Source: Octopus sinensis
Taxonomy: Eukaryota
DNA: 64,000 nt
Direction of reading: 5' to 3'
Assembly: GCF_006345805.1 (NCBI RefSeq)
Contig: NC_043014.1
Span: 31,124,001 to 31,188,000 of the forward strand
Shown: positions 62,959 through 64,000 of the stretch, piece by piece
Numbering within the stretch: the first letter of the stretch is position 1
How the letters are laid out: each line of letters starts with the position of its first letter
The notes under the pieces: generated by a model
Told to the model about the DNA's origin: nothing
What the model saw: only the letters and a program-made list of their open reading frames with translations
Databases searched by the model: none
Made by a program: the position numbers and the translations under genes

Positions 62959-63832
62959 TAGTCTGATCAGTAAGTATCCGGACTGTTGCCATAGTAACAA
63001 AGCTAAAGCATGACAAGTGAATCAGCTTGGTACAGATTACCTTTTAACTCTGCTGTGCATGCACACTATGTTTTAATGTTCTAGCTCACTTCTACTGTTT
63101 ATAGCAGTGCTTGGAAGGAAGGTGTGTAGCATGTGATCATCACATTGACCATGACAGGAAGTTGAGAGGAGAATTTGCATCAAATTTTGCCAAAAGCTTG
63201 GTGATACCTACTCAGAGGTCTATGCAAAGTTTTCAAAAATCTTTCATTGTTCTCGACACAATCAAGGAGATCTTATGTAATTGAAACTTGAGTGTCTTCT
63301 TGGTGAGGTGAAAGCAGTTTTGGCATAAACTTGGCAGACATGCATCTCCTACCAAAATCTTCAGTGATAATGGATTGAACTGATCTGCACATCCTCTGAT
63401 AAATCACTGATGGTGATTCAGCGATTTCTCCTCACAGCTGCACGCACATCTACAATGTTTTTCTCAGTTCTGCTGGTCGTGGGTCTCCCAGAACATTTGT
63501 CAATATCAATATCTTTCAGACATTTTGGAAATGTCTGAAACACTCATACACTTGTATGTGGCTCATACACTCCTCTCCATACTCTTTCTGCAACTTTGTG
63601 TAGGCCTCTGAGCAGGTAACACCATGACAACTTTCTGTCATGGTCAATGCAATGATCACACACTACACACCTTCCTACTAAGCACTGCTGTAAGCAGTGG
63701 AAGTGAGCTAGAACATTCAAACTTAGTGCACATGCACAGCAGAGTTCAAGGTCAATTTTTGCCTAGTGGCTTTCCTCTATGTGCTTTAGGCTTCGTTATT
63801 ATGGCAACTGTACAGATATTTATTGATCAGAC

Positions 63833-63838
<6 letters not shown>
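62959..63838. mobile_element. Non-autonomous mariner derivative built from two inward-facing 5' ends
   Basis: TIRs gtctgatcagtaagtatccggactgttgccatagtaac and gttattatggcaactgtacagatatttattgatcagac; plus arm encodes ERRICIKFCQKLGDT; minus arm encodes YGEECMSHIQVYE, SGRPTTSRTEKNI and AKFMPKLLS (mariner N-terminal and linker motifs). Confidence 0.88.
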
Positions 63839-63876
<38 letters not shown>

Positions 63877-64000
63877 CACATATATATATATAGAGAGAGA
63901 GTGTGTGTGTGTGAGTGGGCACTTTGGATAATGACTTTGATGCACTATGTCTGAAAATAAAACTAGATGGTCATGGCTGTAATATGTTTGACCACAGGTC

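Overview
AT-rich, repeat-dense, microsatellite-rich eukaryotic DNA, intronic or intergenic. The SINE/LINE families resemble those I recall from octopus (coleoid cephalopod) genomes; the species assignment is an inference. I could not support any host protein-coding exon; the supplied ORFs with recognisable protein similarity are transposon fragments, and the long (TA)n ORFs are artefacts. The window holds decayed RTE-clade LINEs (endonuclease, RT, a PHD-like finger, 3' tails), R4/Dong-like RLE-type LINE tails stacked at (TAA)n tracts, two Penelope-like (PLE) remnants, two hAT remnants, a Tc1 5' end running into a 100-N gap, a mariner derivative with two 5' ends, several MITEs and many tRNA-derived SINEs. 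It also holds a 47-bp hairpin-bearing minisatellite, about 2.7 kb of (TA)-rich arrays and many inverted repeats or palindromes (about 575 bp, 347 bp, 169 bp, 120 bp). The best leads are minimal hammerhead-ribozyme-like motifs of the Penelope type (57727-57809 and 55221-55294, plus decayed ones). One lies just downstream of a head-to-head pair of tRNA-like Pol III promoters (55361-55528), suggesting a tRNA-headed, ribozyme-bearing SINE or retrozyme-like unit. All alignments and folds were done by eye; boundaries of decayed elements are approximate.
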